Positions 27,578-37,757 of a stretch of 64,000 nucleotides of DNA are shown piece after piece (within the stretch, counting starts at the first letter, position 1; each line of letters begins with the position of its first letter). The notes beneath the pieces are model-generated. The model was not told the origin of the DNA. It worked only from the letters and a program-made list of their open reading frames with translations, and did no database searches. A program made the position numbers and the translations under genes. Origin of the DNA: Thermoplasmata archaeon (lineage in GTDB: Archaea; Thermoplasmatota; Thermoplasmata; Lutacidiplasmatales; UBA184); assembly GCA_028864975.1 (NCBI GenBank), contig JAGWLG010000007.1:1-64000 (forward strand), written 5' to 3'.

Positions 27578-28306
27578 CTACGCCTCTCGACCGGTCCCTC
27601 GGTAATGTCCGGTGATGACGAAGTGGCCCCGGTGAAACGGTTCCAGCGAGACGGAAGGCCCAAGGTCGAAGGACCTCGACAGAGAGCGGGAGGCCTCCTC
27701 CGCGGGCGAGAGGGGTCCCCGACCGCCCCCCTTCCGAAGGCTCGGGACCTTGAGGGCAAGGACCAGTCCTCCTCCACTTCGAAGGAAGAGCCGAGCGTGG
27801 TCGGTCGCGATCTCGGCCTGCTCGGGCTGGGAGATGTCCAGGTAGAGGGCGTCCACAGGAGGGACCCACGAAAGGTAGGTCCGAGGCTCCCGGGCGTCTC
27901 CCAGGATGGGGAAGAGGTTCGGCCATCGTCGTGCCACGTCAAGAAGTCGCTGGAACGGTCGGGGACTCTTCTCCACCACGTAGACACCGCCTCGGCGCCC
28001 CACCAGGTCCGCCACGTGGGACGCCGTGGTTCCGGTCGCACCCCCCAAGTAGAGGACCCTTCCTCGGGGAGGGACCGGAAGCTCGCGGAGGCCCTTGCAC
28101 AGGGCGGCTCCAAGCTTGCTTCGCGTGGGGTCGATCGCCCTCCACGTCGCGTCGTCCTGCTCGCGCAACCGCTCCCCGTAGACCTCCGGGGTCTCTCCGA
28201 GGGCCCGGGTCCAGAACGTCGGTCGGTCGTCGGGAGGGGACCGCGCGAGCGACAGGCCAGGGAACGGGAAGGTCCAGCTCCCGCGGGACCGCTCGAAGGG
28301 GGTCAT
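27578..28306 (-). CDS. flpA: Fibrillarin-like rRNA/tRNA 2'-O-methyltransferase
   Basis: VYGER, WRAIDPTRSKL, VLYLGGATGTTASHVAD and DISQPEQA. Confidence 0.95.
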   Translation of the reverse strand: MTPFERSRGSWTFPFPGLSLARSPPDDRPTFWTRALGETPEVYGERLREQDDATWRAIDPTRSKLGAALCKGLRELPVPPRGRVLYLGGATGTTASHVADLVGRRGGVYVVEKSPRPFQRLLDVARRWPNLFPILGDAREPRTYLSWVPPVDALYLDISQPEQAEIATDHARLFLRSGGGLVLALKVPSLRKGGGRGPLSPAEEASRSLSRSFDLGPSVSLEPFHRGHFVITGHYRGTGREA

Positions 28307-29430
28307 GGACGCCCTCCCGCCCATCGCCCCCGGCGAGGCCGCGTGCGTGGTCGAGCTCTTCGGTCGGAGGGTTCCGGCCCACGGTGCCGAGTCGGTCCGA
28401 GGCGTGCGATCGCCACCCGGACCCTTCGCGGCTCGGCCAAGCGGGCCGGCCCGGAGGGTGGGGAGAAGGGAGCGCGACGCCGTGGGCGCCCCTTCGCCAG
28501 GGCGGCGATGCGCCGTTCCCTCCGCTCCACGAGGTCCGCCCCGACCGACCCCTGGGTCTGGAGGTCCGCTCGGACCGCGACCACAAGCAGGGAGGCCAAC
28601 GAGCGGGCGAGCGCTCCTCTCCGATGCGGCGGAACGCGGTCCATCCCCTCGGCCCCGACCATGACCCCGTGCCGAGGGCCTGGGGTCCCAGGTCTGCGCC
28701 GTCGTGCCCCCAGGACCTGCAGTCGCGAAGAGTTGAGCCGCAGGAGGGCCGAGGTGGAACCCGCGAGGGCGAGGAGCCGGGCGGCGGTCCGGCTTCCCAC
28801 CACCGCTGAGGAGTTGGGCAAGGTCCTGACCGCGACCTCGTTCAGCGCACGATCGAGCTCCTGCATCCGCCCATCGAGCGATCGAAGGTGTTCCTCGGCC
28901 TTGCCGGCGTAGGTCGAAACGGGGGTGCCAGGGGCAGCCGCTCCCGATAGCGCACTCAGGGCCTCACGTTCTTTTCGCAGAAGGCGCTGGAGCCGGTCTC
29001 CCTCTCGGCTCAGGGTGATGATGACCTCTTCGGGGGACGCGAGCCGCTGCTCGAGGGCGGCTGCCGCGACGCCAAGGAGCAATTCTCGGTCCGGCTCCCA
29101 GGTCGCGGGTGGAAGGGCCTCTCGCAACGAGGCCACCTCGCGAGAGGAGGCCTCGGAGACGCGAAGCTTCGCCGCCTCGGCGAGGGCCCTCGCAGTTCGG
29201 TCCCCGACACGGACGGGGGGACCTTCGCGGTACGAGGAGAGGGCGCCCACCGCGTTCCCCAGACCGCGGGAAGGCAGTTCTCCACGGGCGAGCGACGCGA
29301 GCGCTTCGAAGAGCTCCTGGCCCTCGTGCGACCCCCCTGGCGAGAGGGTAACCCGACGAGGTTGGCGGCTCCCCGGGGTGAAGACGAGCAGCTCGCGTCC
29401 CACGACCAGGAGGAGGGGCCCGACGCTCAC
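28303..29430 (-). CDS. nop5: Nop5/Nop56-58 box C/D sRNP protein (divergent)
   Basis: LPNSSAVVG...AARLLALAGS...LQVLGA...HG...ALARSLA...RAD Nop domain. ATGA-coupled to fibrillarin. Confidence 0.85.
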   Translation of the reverse strand: MSVGPLLLVVGRELLVFTPGSRQPRRVTLSPGGSHEGQELFEALASLARGELPSRGLGNAVGALSSYREGPPVRVGDRTARALAEAAKLRVSEASSREVASLREALPPATWEPDRELLLGVAAAALEQRLASPEEVIITLSREGDRLQRLLRKEREALSALSGAAAPGTPVSTYAGKAEEHLRSLDGRMQELDRALNEVAVRTLPNSSAVVGSRTAARLLALAGSTSALLRLNSSRLQVLGARRRRPGTPGPRHGVMVGAEGMDRVPPHRRGALARSLASLLVVAVRADLQTQGSVGADLVERRERRIAALAKGRPRRRAPFSPPSGPARLAEPRRVRVAIARLGPTRHRGPEPSDRRARPRTRPRRGRWAGGRP

Positions 29431-29448
29431 GGTCGATCCGCTCCGGGA

Positions 29449-31008
29449 TCACGCGCCCGCGAAGTCGGAGAGCTGGCGCTGGAACCTCTGGTGCTCCTGG
29501 GGAATGTCCACCGGGTAACGGCCGGTCAGGCAGCCGACGCAGAGCGAGCGCTCGGAGAGGTCGATCGCCTTGACGAGCCCCCCAATCGAGAGGTAGCGAA
29601 GGCTGTCGGCGCCCAGGAGCTTCGCGACGTCCTCTTCGGTCCTCTGGAAGGCGACCAGCTCTTTCCGCTCCTTCATGTCGATCCCGAAGTAGCATGGGGC
29701 GACGATCGGAGGGCACCCGATCCGCAGGTGGACCTCTTTCGCGCCGTTCTCGCGGACCATGGCGACGATCTCGCGAAGGGTGGTGCCCCGAACGATGCTG
29801 TCGTCCATCAGGACCACGCGCTTGCCCTTGAGGATCCCTGGGAGCGGGTGCAGCTTCACACGGACCTCCTCCTCGCGCCGCTTCTGGTCGGGAAGGATGA
29901 AGGTCCGCTCGACGAAGCGGCTCTTGATGAGCCCCTCGGCGTAGGGGATCCCTGCGACCTCCGAGAACCCTAAGGCCTGGGGCCGGGAGGAGTCGGGAAC
30001 GGGAACGACCACGTCCGCCTGCACCGGCCCCTCCTTCGCGAGCGTGGTCCCGATCCGGTGTCGCACCTCATAGACCAGTTTCCCGTCCATGATCGAGTCG
30101 GGCCGCGAGAAGTAGACCCATTCGAACATGCAGTGCGCGAGCTGCTTGGCCGGTGGAGCGCCTTTCGAGGTGTGGAGGACGTTCCCTCGTTCTACGGCGA
30201 TGAGCTCCCCCGGGGCCACATCGCGCACGAGCTTCCCTCCCATGAGCTCAAGCGCGACGGACTCGCTGGCGAGGGCGTACCCTCCCTCCAGGGTCCCTAG
30301 GCAGAGCGGTCGGATCCCCTGCGGGTCTCGGAACCCGTAGAGTTTGTTCCCGTGGAGGAGCGTGACGGCGTACCCTCCGGACATCTCGACCATCGCTCGG
30401 CGGATCGCCGTGGGCATGTCCCGGCTGCGCGTGAACTCGTGGGCGATAAGCTGCCCCATAGCCTCCGTGTCCGAGCTTCCCAGGAACTCCACGCCCATCG
30501 CGGTGAGACGGGAGCGGAGCCGGCGGAAGTTCACGAGGTCGCCGTTGTGGCCGAGGGCGAGCTCGTCGTCCCCCATGCCGACGTTGAGCGGCTGGACCGT
30601 GTCCTCCTCCATGATGCCCGTCGTCCCGTATCGGACGTGGCCGATACCGATGGAGCCCCGCAGGGTCTCCAGCGCATCGCGGTCGAACACCTCGTGGACG
30701 AGGCCCCGGGACTTGCGGGTGTAGAGCTGGCCGTGGGAGGCTGTCACGATGCCAGCGGACTCCTGCCCCCGATGCTGGAGCGCGCGGAGCCCTCGGTAAA
30801 GGTACGGCGACGCCCCCTTGCCGGGGACCGAGACCCCGACCACGCCGCATTTCTCGCGGACGTCCACGTCGGACGGAGCGTCCGGTGGCTTAAGGCGTAC
30901 GACCTCGCCTCCGACCGGAGGTTCGGCAACCTTCTCGTACTCCGAGGTCCACTCGTCGCGCCGTCCTCTCCCCCATGTCGTCGGATCCGATCGCCTCTCG
31001 CATTCCAC
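29449..31008 (-). CDS. purF: Amidophosphoribosyltransferase (start uncertain, possibly GTG 30867)
   Basis: REK-CGVVG, LQHRGQESAG, HNGDLVN, MDDSIVRGTT and the Fe-S cysteines. Confidence 0.95.
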   Translation of the reverse strand: MECERRSDPTTWGRGRRDEWTSEYEKVAEPPVGGEVVRLKPPDAPSDVDVREKCGVVGVSVPGKGASPYLYRGLRALQHRGQESAGIVTASHGQLYTRKSRGLVHEVFDRDALETLRGSIGIGHVRYGTTGIMEEDTVQPLNVGMGDDELALGHNGDLVNFRRLRSRLTAMGVEFLGSSDTEAMGQLIAHEFTRSRDMPTAIRRAMVEMSGGYAVTLLHGNKLYGFRDPQGIRPLCLGTLEGGYALASESVALELMGGKLVRDVAPGELIAVERGNVLHTSKGAPPAKQLAHCMFEWVYFSRPDSIMDGKLVYEVRHRIGTTLAKEGPVQADVVVPVPDSSRPQALGFSEVAGIPYAEGLIKSRFVERTFILPDQKRREEEVRVKLHPLPGILKGKRVVLMDDSIVRGTTLREIVAMVRENGAKEVHLRIGCPPIVAPCYFGIDMKERKELVAFQRTEEDVAKLLGADSLRYLSIGGLVKAIDLSERSLCVGCLTGRYPVDIPQEHQRFQRQLSDFAGA

Positions 31009-31292
31009 GAATCCCTCTCGCCGTCCACCGTTGGTGCGGTCGTGCCCTCGTGGTCACAGGGCTCGTCATCGCGCTCGTAGGCGTGGCGACCTTCCATCCT
31101 CCGACCTGCACGGGGGGAGGTCCGGGATCCCCGTCGGCATGTACCTCGTGGGAGGACTCCCAGTGGTTGATGATCGGCGGGGTCTTCCTCGCGGTGACCG
31201 CGATGCTCTATCTGGCCGCTTTGCTGAGGGAGGAAAGGCGCCCGGCGGAACCGGCGCGAGGGTCGTCCGTCGTCCGCCCAGGTTCCCCCTGA
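30975..31292 (+). CDS. Small 2-TM protein with Cys-pair loop
   Basis: Two hydrophobic helices flanking TCTGGGPGSPSACT. Confidence 0.55.
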   Translation: MSSDPIASRIPRIPLAVHRWCGRALVVTGLVIALVGVATFHPPTCTGGGPGSPSACTSWEDSQWLMIGGVFLAVTAMLYLAALLREERRPAEPARGSSVVRPGSP

Positions 31293-31295
31293 CCG

Positions 31296-31940
31296 GTGGG
31301 GGTCTCAAGGGCGGACATGCCCTTGGTGTCCGGCCAAAGTTCCTTAGGCGGACTTGAGTGTCGGGGGGTCGTGGTTACACGCTACCCGTTCCCACCGCCG
31401 TGGAAACTACGGGACCTCGCAATCCAGGAAAACTGGTGGCTGGGAGAGATCCACCGGCGATACGCGGCCGCGCGTTGGAAGTGGGTGGCGGCGTGGGCGG
31501 CCGGCCTCGGATGGGCTCTCGTCATCACGATCTGGATCGGTTTCTACCTCTTTGGCGGCCCCTTGATCTGTGTCAGTCCACCCCTCGCGTGCTCCGGGCC
31601 CCTATCGACCGCGTTGGAACTTCTCGGGCTGGTCCTGATCTTCGAGGCGTTCCTGGCGAGCGAGGTCCAGCTGACCACGTGGGCCGGCAACATGGGCGAG
31701 GCGATCTTGGAGGCCGCCCGCAACGCCGTCGACGAGCACTTCGCGGCGGCTGAAGACTCAGCGATGGCCGACGCGCTCCGGAAGGAGCTTCAGCGCTTGC
31801 GACCCATCGTAATGGACCGGTACCGGCTCGGCGCTGGGGGCAGCAGTACGTACCTGTTTCGTGGCTCGGTCATGAACGTCGCACGCGCGCTCGCCGACCA
31901 GTGTCGGTCCGCGGCGCCGCCGCTCCCTCCCTCTTCGTGA
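31296..31940 (+). CDS. 2-TM membrane protein
   Basis: Hydrophobic helices flanking ICVSPPLACS. Confidence 0.55.
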   Translation: MGVSRADMPLVSGQSSLGGLECRGVVVTRYPFPPPWKLRDLAIQENWWLGEIHRRYAAARWKWVAAWAAGLGWALVITIWIGFYLFGGPLICVSPPLACSGPLSTALELLGLVLIFEAFLASEVQLTTWAGNMGEAILEAARNAVDEHFAAAEDSAMADALRKELQRLRPIVMDRYRLGAGGSSTYLFRGSVMNVARALADQCRSAAPPLPPSS

Positions 31941-32065
31941 GGGGCCGCGGTAGTGGGGGCCCACGAGGACCCACGGATAGGCTCGGGACCGCGGAAGGCA
32001 ACGTACAACAGGAACAGGTTTCGGGCCCCCGATGACTCGGGGGCCCGGAGGGTTGCGAAGAGGTG

Positions 32066-32383
32066 TCAGCCGAAGAGGGCCGAGAGACCCGCGGACGCCT
32101 CCTCCTCGGAGACGGCCGGCTTCTCTTCTTCCTTCTTCTTCTCTTCCTTCTTCTCGCCGCCCGCGTGGGCCGCAGGCGCCGCCGCGGCCGGAGCTGCGAC
32201 GGCCATGGTCTCGGCTTTCGCCAGGACGTCCTTGATGTTCACTCCCTCTAGGGAGGCCACCAGGGCTTTCACCCGGGCCGCGTCGCTCTGCACCCCGGCG
32301 GCCGTGAGGACGCCGTTGATGCCCTTTTCGTCGATGGGTTTCCCTGCCGCGTGGAGCAGCATTGCGCCGTAGACGTACTGCAT
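32066..32383 (-). CDS. rpl12: 50S ribosomal protein L12 (aP1)
   Basis: [11 protein letters not shown]...[13 protein letters not shown]. Confidence 0.97.
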   Translation of the reverse strand: MQYVYGAMLLHAAGKPIDEKGINGVLTAAGVQSDAARVKALVASLEGVNIKDVLAKAETMAVAAPAAAAPAAHAGGEKKEEKKKEEEKPAVSEEEASAGLSALFG

Positions 32384-32401
32384 GTCTCTCTCCCTCCGAA
32401 T

Positions 32402-33304
32402 TCACTTCGTGTGGAGCGTCTCGACCGCCCGGGCCTGCCGTTCGGCCTTCATGAGAAGGGCCTCGACGGTCTCGGGCGTGGGGAAGGCCGTGTCCAAGGC
32501 GAGGGCTCTGGCCTCGCGGTAGGCACGGGCGAGCAGGTGGGGAATCGTCTCGGGCGAGGCCCAAGCGAGCTCCACGGCGAGCTTCAATGCCTGGCGGTGC
32601 GCGACACCGAAGTCCGCGCGCAGCACGTCCAGGTCGACCGCGAGCGAATCGCGGGGGTAGAAGAAGTCCGCTTCGACCGCCCCGCGGAGCATGAGCCCCA
32701 CCTCGAGCGGGAGGATCTCGAGCCGGGTGAGCATCGTCGCGACCTCGCGAGAGATGACCGCCCCTTGCTTCACGATGGTCGTGTCCTTCTTCATCACGAC
32801 CTTCCCCTTCTCGATCGCCGCGGGGAAACCGGCGTGCTGGAGCTCGCCCACGATCGGGCCGGGCTTGAAGGACGTCTCACCGGCCTGGACGACGATGTCC
32901 TTGGGCGCGTGCTCGCCCCCGCGGGCGGCGGCCGGCTGACGGGTCTTGTCCAGCGACCCGTAGACCACGAAGGGATTCGCCTTGGACATCAGGAGCGCGG
33001 TCTGGTCCGAGACCAGCGGGAGGAGCTGCTTCAACGCCGGGCGCGACTTCGCCGCCTGCTCGAGCGCGTGGCCGATCTGCGAGTTCGGGGCCACACGGAT
33101 CGGGCTCCCCTTGGCCGCCAGGTCGCGTCGCATCGACTGCAGCGCGGCGGCAGGGACCCCCCGGATGGCGACCACCGCGACAACGGGGTGATCGGCGATC
33201 TCCTTGGCCAGCCGCTTGACGGCGTCCTTCTTGCGCTGGCGGGTGGGGCTCGTCTCAACAGCGTGGTGGGCGGCAGAAGAGGTCGAGTGAGCGGCAGCGG
33301 CCAT
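32402..33304 (-). CDS. rplP0: 50S ribosomal protein L10 (aP0)
   Basis: AARGGEHAPKDIVVQAGETSFKPGPIVGELQ. Confidence 0.95.
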   Translation of the reverse strand: MAAAAHSTSSAAHHAVETSPTRQRKKDAVKRLAKEIADHPVVAVVAIRGVPAAALQSMRRDLAAKGSPIRVAPNSQIGHALEQAAKSRPALKQLLPLVSDQTALLMSKANPFVVYGSLDKTRQPAAARGGEHAPKDIVVQAGETSFKPGPIVGELQHAGFPAAIEKGKVVMKKDTTIVKQGAVISREVATMLTRLEILPLEVGLMLRGAVEADFFYPRDSLAVDLDVLRADFGVAHRQALKLAVELAWASPETIPHLLARAYREARALALDTAFPTPETVEALLMKAERQARAVETLHTK

Positions 33305-33332
33305 CGGTTCCCCTTCCTCCCTTACGTCCGGT

Positions 33333-33971
33333 TCACCAGAGTCGAACGGCCGGTCCCATCGAGGTCTTCACGTAGACGCTCGCGATGTTGTGCCGTCCCC
33401 TCTCGAGCTTGCCCACGACGCGGTTGAGGACCAACTGCAGGTTCTCCGCGAGCTGCTCAGGGGGCATGCTTCGGATCCCGAGCGGGGCGTGGAAGGTGCG
33501 CTTCCCTTTGTTGCGGACCCGGATCCCTTGCTTCAAGTTCTTGATGATGGAGGTCGGGTCGCTGCCGGGGGGGATGGGCCGCGGCACCTTGCCTCGCGGG
33601 CCCATCACGGGACCGAGCTTCTTTCCGATGAGGGGCATCATCGGGGCTTCGGCCAGGAAGAAATCGATCGCGTTCACCTGCTTGCGGGAGATGCGCTTGG
33701 TCTTGAACAGCTCATCCATCTGGTCGGGGGTGATCACGAGATCCGCGACGCTGCGGACCTTCTGGGCCATCTCGTTGCTGCCGAAGACCCCGACCTTGAT
33801 CGTCTTGCCCCGGCCCTTCGGGAGGATGACCTCCTCCTCGACACGGTTCTTCGGGAGGGTGAGGTCCAGCTCCTTGAGGTTGATCGCGACCTCGACCGTC
33901 TCCGTGAACTTGCGTTCCGGGGCGGCCTTGAGGGCCTCCTGGATGGCCTCGACGGGGGTCTTTTCCGCCAT
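33333..33971 (-). CDS. rpl1: 50S ribosomal protein L1
   Basis: RKFTETVEVAINLK, LPKGRG, MGPRGK and YVKTSMGP. Confidence 0.97.
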   Translation of the reverse strand: MAEKTPVEAIQEALKAAPERKFTETVEVAINLKELDLTLPKNRVEEEVILPKGRGKTIKVGVFGSNEMAQKVRSVADLVITPDQMDELFKTKRISRKQVNAIDFFLAEAPMMPLIGKKLGPVMGPRGKVPRPIPPGSDPTSIIKNLKQGIRVRNKGKRTFHAPLGIRSMPPEQLAENLQLVLNRVVGKLERGRHNIASVYVKTSMGPAVRLW

Positions 33972-34006
33972 GGGAGTTCCGAGCGGCGGCGCCAGAAGAA
34001 GGTGCA

Positions 34007-34014
34007 TATAAAAG
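34007..34014 (-). promoter_or_regulatory. TATA box of the rpl1-rplP0-rpl12 operon
   Basis: TTTTATAT on the minus strand, about 36 nt upstream of the rpl1 ATG, in GC-rich context. Confidence 0.6.
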
Positions 34015-34069
34015 GGTAGGGACGCGGCCCTCGGCGCCGGGTGGTGCTGCGAGCTGCCCCGCGCGGTCC

Positions 34070-35458
34070 CTAGCAGTTCGCCGAGGAGGGGGGCTCGACG
34101 GGAATCTGTCCGCTCCCTTGGGTGGTAGTCCCCCCCGAGCTGTACGTTGCCGAGACGACAAGGAGTCCCCCCGCCGCGTCATTGGCCGGCACGGTCCCGG
34201 TGACCGAGGTCCAGATGACATCGCCCGAGCCTCCTCCCGCGGACTGGCCCGTGATGAGGACATCTCCGGGGAGGCCCGAGACCATCACCGTTTGCCCGGC
34301 CAAGGTTACCGTGGCGCCCGACAAGGGGTACCTGTTCTTGTCCGACACTGAAACCTTGAGCGCGACGTTGGCGTGGGCGTTCACGGCGAAGCTGCAGCTT
34401 CCATCGGGGCGGGTCGTGAAACAGGCGCTGTCGCCGCCGACCGCCGTATTGCATGAGGGATAGTCCGGTTGAGAGATGGTCGTGCTGCCATCCCCCGCCA
34501 CATCGTATGTCATCGACCCGATCGAGGGGGCCACGTACCCTCCGCAGGTCTGCGAAAGCGACTGAGAGAGGGCGATGGCGCCAGTGGTCGCGTTGAAGAT
34601 CACTTCGAACTCGGGATAGGTTCCTCGCGGCTCACCGGGAGATGAGGTGAGACAGACCCCGACCAGCATCGCCCAGTAGGTCCCTGCGGCAAAACCGCCT
34701 CCGTATGACTGCGTGAACCGTATCACTCCAAGCTCCACGCTCGCGTTCGGGTAGGACTTGAAGGTCTGGGCCGCTCCTGCGGCCATACCGTCGCTGGCGG
34801 CCTGCGTACTGTCCATGATCCCGGTCGGGATGGCTCCAAGGGAGCCCACGGGGATGGACGTGCACGTCGACAGGCTGGCTGCGGAGCCGTTCTCGACCAC
34901 CACAGCGAGGGAGGCATAGGAGTTCGGCGCCACGAGCTTCTCGTAGAAGAACGCCCAGTCCGGAGCGAGCCCCCCGGTCGTGGACCCGATCATCGCCGGG
35001 ACCCACATGGTACTGCAGCTTCCCTGGCCGCCTTCGCGGTAGGCCTGGGGAGAGGAGATCGCGATGGCCTCGTAGAGCATCCAACCTCCGCCCTGGTCGC
35101 CTTGGGCATAGGGGTCGGCCATGGCACGGGCCTGGGCAAACGACATGCCGTTCGTCGTCGGTCCCGGAGGGTGCCCGAGCCCGAGGGGATTGCCGAGCGG
35201 GGCGGAGCCCAGGGAGGGTGCCACGACGAAGAGGACCAGGAGCGCGGCGACGACCACAACAACGAGGACACCCACGAGGCGGAGCGAGTGGGTTGAAGGA
35301 CGAGGGGCGTAGGCAGGGGCTGGACCATAGCCGAGCCCTCCCGCGGGAGGAGGATAGACGACGCTTCCGCATTGGGGACAGGGGGTCGGTGAGGCGGCCG
35401 GCGTGAAGGCGCCGCACCGAGGGCACGGGAGCCAAGGAACCGTGCCAGGGGTCGCCAA
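34070..35458 (-). CDS. Zn-ribbon plus TM plus Cys-containing extracellular protein
   Basis: CPRC..CPQC, then a TM helix, then Ser/Gly/Thr-rich beta domains. Confidence 0.75.
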   Translation of the reverse strand: MATPGTVPWLPCPRCGAFTPAASPTPCPQCGSVVYPPPAGGLGYGPAPAYAPRPSTHSLRLVGVLVVVVVAALLVLFVVAPSLGSAPLGNPLGLGHPPGPTTNGMSFAQARAMADPYAQGDQGGGWMLYEAIAISSPQAYREGGQGSCSTMWVPAMIGSTTGGLAPDWAFFYEKLVAPNSYASLAVVVENGSAASLSTCTSIPVGSLGAIPTGIMDSTQAASDGMAAGAAQTFKSYPNASVELGVIRFTQSYGGGFAAGTYWAMLVGVCLTSSPGEPRGTYPEFEVIFNATTGAIALSQSLSQTCGGYVAPSIGSMTYDVAGDGSTTISQPDYPSCNTAVGGDSACFTTRPDGSCSFAVNAHANVALKVSVSDKNRYPLSGATVTLAGQTVMVSGLPGDVLITGQSAGGGSGDVIWTSVTGTVPANDAAGGLLVVSATYSSGGTTTQGSGQIPVEPPSSANC

Positions 35459-35531
35459 AGAGCCTCCGGGCTGGACTATGCGTCCAGGTCGCAGAAATAC
35501 CTCTCGTTGTCGCGAGGAGGGGCTCCCGAAG

Positions 35532-35825
35532 TCAGGGAGCTGGCGTCTCGCGCTCGGCGACAGGAAGCCCTCGGTGGTCCTCCTGCCCGCAGCAGGCGAG
35601 CGGGTTCAGTCCGTGCCGGCAGACCCCGACCGTTCCCGAGCTCTCGTGGACGAAGCCCATCCCATCGACGAACCTCAGCGTCCCCTCGCACCAGTGGCAG
35701 ATCTTCGGGGCGGCGTACGAGGCTTGCCTCGCCTTCGAGCAGGCAGGGCAAAGGTCGCTCGGTCGCTCTTCCCCGTCCTCGTTCCCGACGACGATCCCGC
35801 AGTTCCAGCAACGGTAGAACGGCAT
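35532..35825 (-). CDS. Small multi-Cys zinc-finger protein
   Basis: MPFYRCWNCG...CPAC...CHWC...CRH..CC. Confidence 0.6.
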   Translation of the reverse strand: MPFYRCWNCGIVVGNEDGEERPSDLCPACSKARQASYAAPKICHWCEGTLRFVDGMGFVHESSGTVGVCRHGLNPLACCGQEDHRGLPVAERETPAP

Positions 35826-36029
35826 GCGACCTCGTGCGAACGCTCTTCCTGCGATAGGTGCGCGGCGACTTAAGGAAGTTCGGGGCTCGGCGCGTGACCC
35901 CGCGGGTCCCCACCGCGGGGTGCTCGACAACCTAAACCAAATAATACGAACAGAATGTGGCTCCAGCCCAAGCGGGGCCCGAGGGTTCGTGCCAGAACGA
36001 GCCTTGGGCTTTGCCCTGACAGGGAGACG

Positions 36030-37733
36030 ATGACCGAGCTGCTAACCGAGGTCCGAAAGCTCGGGTCCTCCTGGGCGCAGTTCGATGCCTATTGGGCCCA
36101 ACCCGCGAAGCACGCGAAGTCGGCGCCCGGGCTCGTGATCATCCACACGATCCTCGGGCTCACGGAGCACGAGAAGGCGCTCGCACGGACCTTCGCCGAG
36201 CTGGGGTTCGTCTGCGTGGCTCCGGACCTGTACAGCCACCAACGGATGCAGGTCCCCCCTGAAGACGCCCAGGAGGTCGAACGAATCCTCCGGGACGTTC
36301 CCTTCAATGGGACCTTCGTTCCGGGATTCGAGAAGGCGATCGCCTCCAGGTCGCGACAGGACCAGGAGCGCCTCCGCAAGGCTGCCCGCGTCGGGGTCTT
36401 CGCGCCGGACCCGAACGCCCTCTCGGACCTCAAGGTGTGCGTCTCGACGCTCTGCGCCACCCCGGGGGTCGATCACCGGGGGGTCACCTGCATCGGGCTC
36501 AGCATGGGGGGAGGTTACGCATGGACGCTGGCGACCGTGGAGCCCCGGGTCCTAGCGACGGTCGTCTACTACGGTCGGCCGCTCCTCCCGTACGACCAGC
36601 TCCAGAAGCTCAAGGGACCGGTCCTCGCCGTCCACGCGGGGGAGGACACTCGCCTCCTCGAACTGCTCCCCGAGATCGAGGCGGAGATGTCCTCCCAGGG
36701 GCGCTCTTTCACGCACATCACCTACCCCAAGGTGCACCACGGATTCCTGAACCCCGAGGTCTCGGCCTACCACCAGGGATGCGCTCAGGACGCGATCCTT
36801 CAGGCCCTGGCCTTCTTGAAAGAGGTCGAAGGGTCGATCCCCAAGGAGGCCGAGAAGGCCCTGGAGAGCCGGCTCCTGCCCGCCGACGCCGCCCCGCCCG
36901 GGCGCGCGGTTCCCTCCCTCGCGGAGGCGCCCCCGGTCCAAGTTCCTCGCCCCTCTGCGGAGGCCGAAGCGGTCCCGGTCGCGGCAGTGGCCGCGACGTC
37001 CGTGGCCCCTCCTACCGAACCTGAGGGGGAGGCCGCCTCGGAGGAGGTCGCAGCAGAGGTGCCTGCGGAGGTGGATGTGGAGGCCTCGGCGGAGGCGCCA
37101 GAGCTCGAATCCTCGGAGGAGCTCCAAGCCGAGCTCTCGGAGGAGGAAGAGACCAACGAGGTGGAAGAGGAGGCGGAGGAACAGGAAGCGCCGAAGGTGG
37201 AGGCGGCCCCGGAACCTTCCACTCCCGAACCCTCGAAGCCGGTCGCGGAAGGGCCGGCCCAAGAGGAGCTCCCCGCGGACCCGGTCGCCGCCTCGACAAC
37301 CCGCCCCAGCCCTCCTGTTCGCCCGTCGGCCGCTTCAGCTCCCCCGGCGACACGATCGAAGGCCGCCGTTAGTGCCGCCGAGGTCGAACTGCTTCTGAAA
37401 GGGGTCGCCCCGGTAGGCGCGTCGAGGAAGGGGTCCCCTCGAGCTCATGAGGAGCCTCCGGCGAAGCCCACCCTGGCCGCGGAGGGCTCCAAGGCGCGTT
37501 CAACCCCCGCCCCCAAGCCCGCGCGCCCGTCCGCCCGCGAAAAGGAACGCGAGCGGGAACGGGAGAAGGAGCGGGAGCGGGAAAGGCAGAAGGAGAAGGA
37601 AAGGGAAAAGGAGCGCTTGGCCCAGCGTGAGCGGGAGAAGGCTCGCGAGAAGGCCAAGGAGAAGCCCAAAGAGAAGCCGGGGAAGGGCAAGGAACCCGAG
37701 AGGACGAAGGCCGCTTCCCGCAAGGCTAAATAG
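36030..37733 (+). CDS. Dienelactone-hydrolase-family enzyme with long A/E/P-rich linker and E/R/K-rich tail
   Basis: APDLY, GLSMGG nucleophile elbow and YPKVHHGF. Low-complexity C-terminal half. Confidence 0.85.
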   Translation: MTELLTEVRKLGSSWAQFDAYWAQPAKHAKSAPGLVIIHTILGLTEHEKALARTFAELGFVCVAPDLYSHQRMQVPPEDAQEVERILRDVPFNGTFVPGFEKAIASRSRQDQERLRKAARVGVFAPDPNALSDLKVCVSTLCATPGVDHRGVTCIGLSMGGGYAWTLATVEPRVLATVVYYGRPLLPYDQLQKLKGPVLAVHAGEDTRLLELLPEIEAEMSSQGRSFTHITYPKVHHGFLNPEVSAYHQGCAQDAILQALAFLKEVEGSIPKEAEKALESRLLPADAAPPGRAVPSLAEAPPVQVPRPSAEAEAVPVAAVAATSVAPPTEPEGEAASEEVAAEVPAEVDVEASAEAPELESSEELQAELSEEEETNEVEEEAEEQEAPKVEAAPEPSTPEPSKPVAEGPAQEELPADPVAASTTRPSPPVRPSAASAPPATRSKAAVSAAEVELLLKGVAPVGASRKGSPRAHEEPPAKPTLAAEGSKARSTPAPKPARPSAREKEREREREKERERERQKEKEREKERLAQREREKAREKAKEKPKEKPGKGKEPERTKAASRKAK

Positions 37734-37757
37734 AGCATCTCGCTCGGCGGCCCGCCC

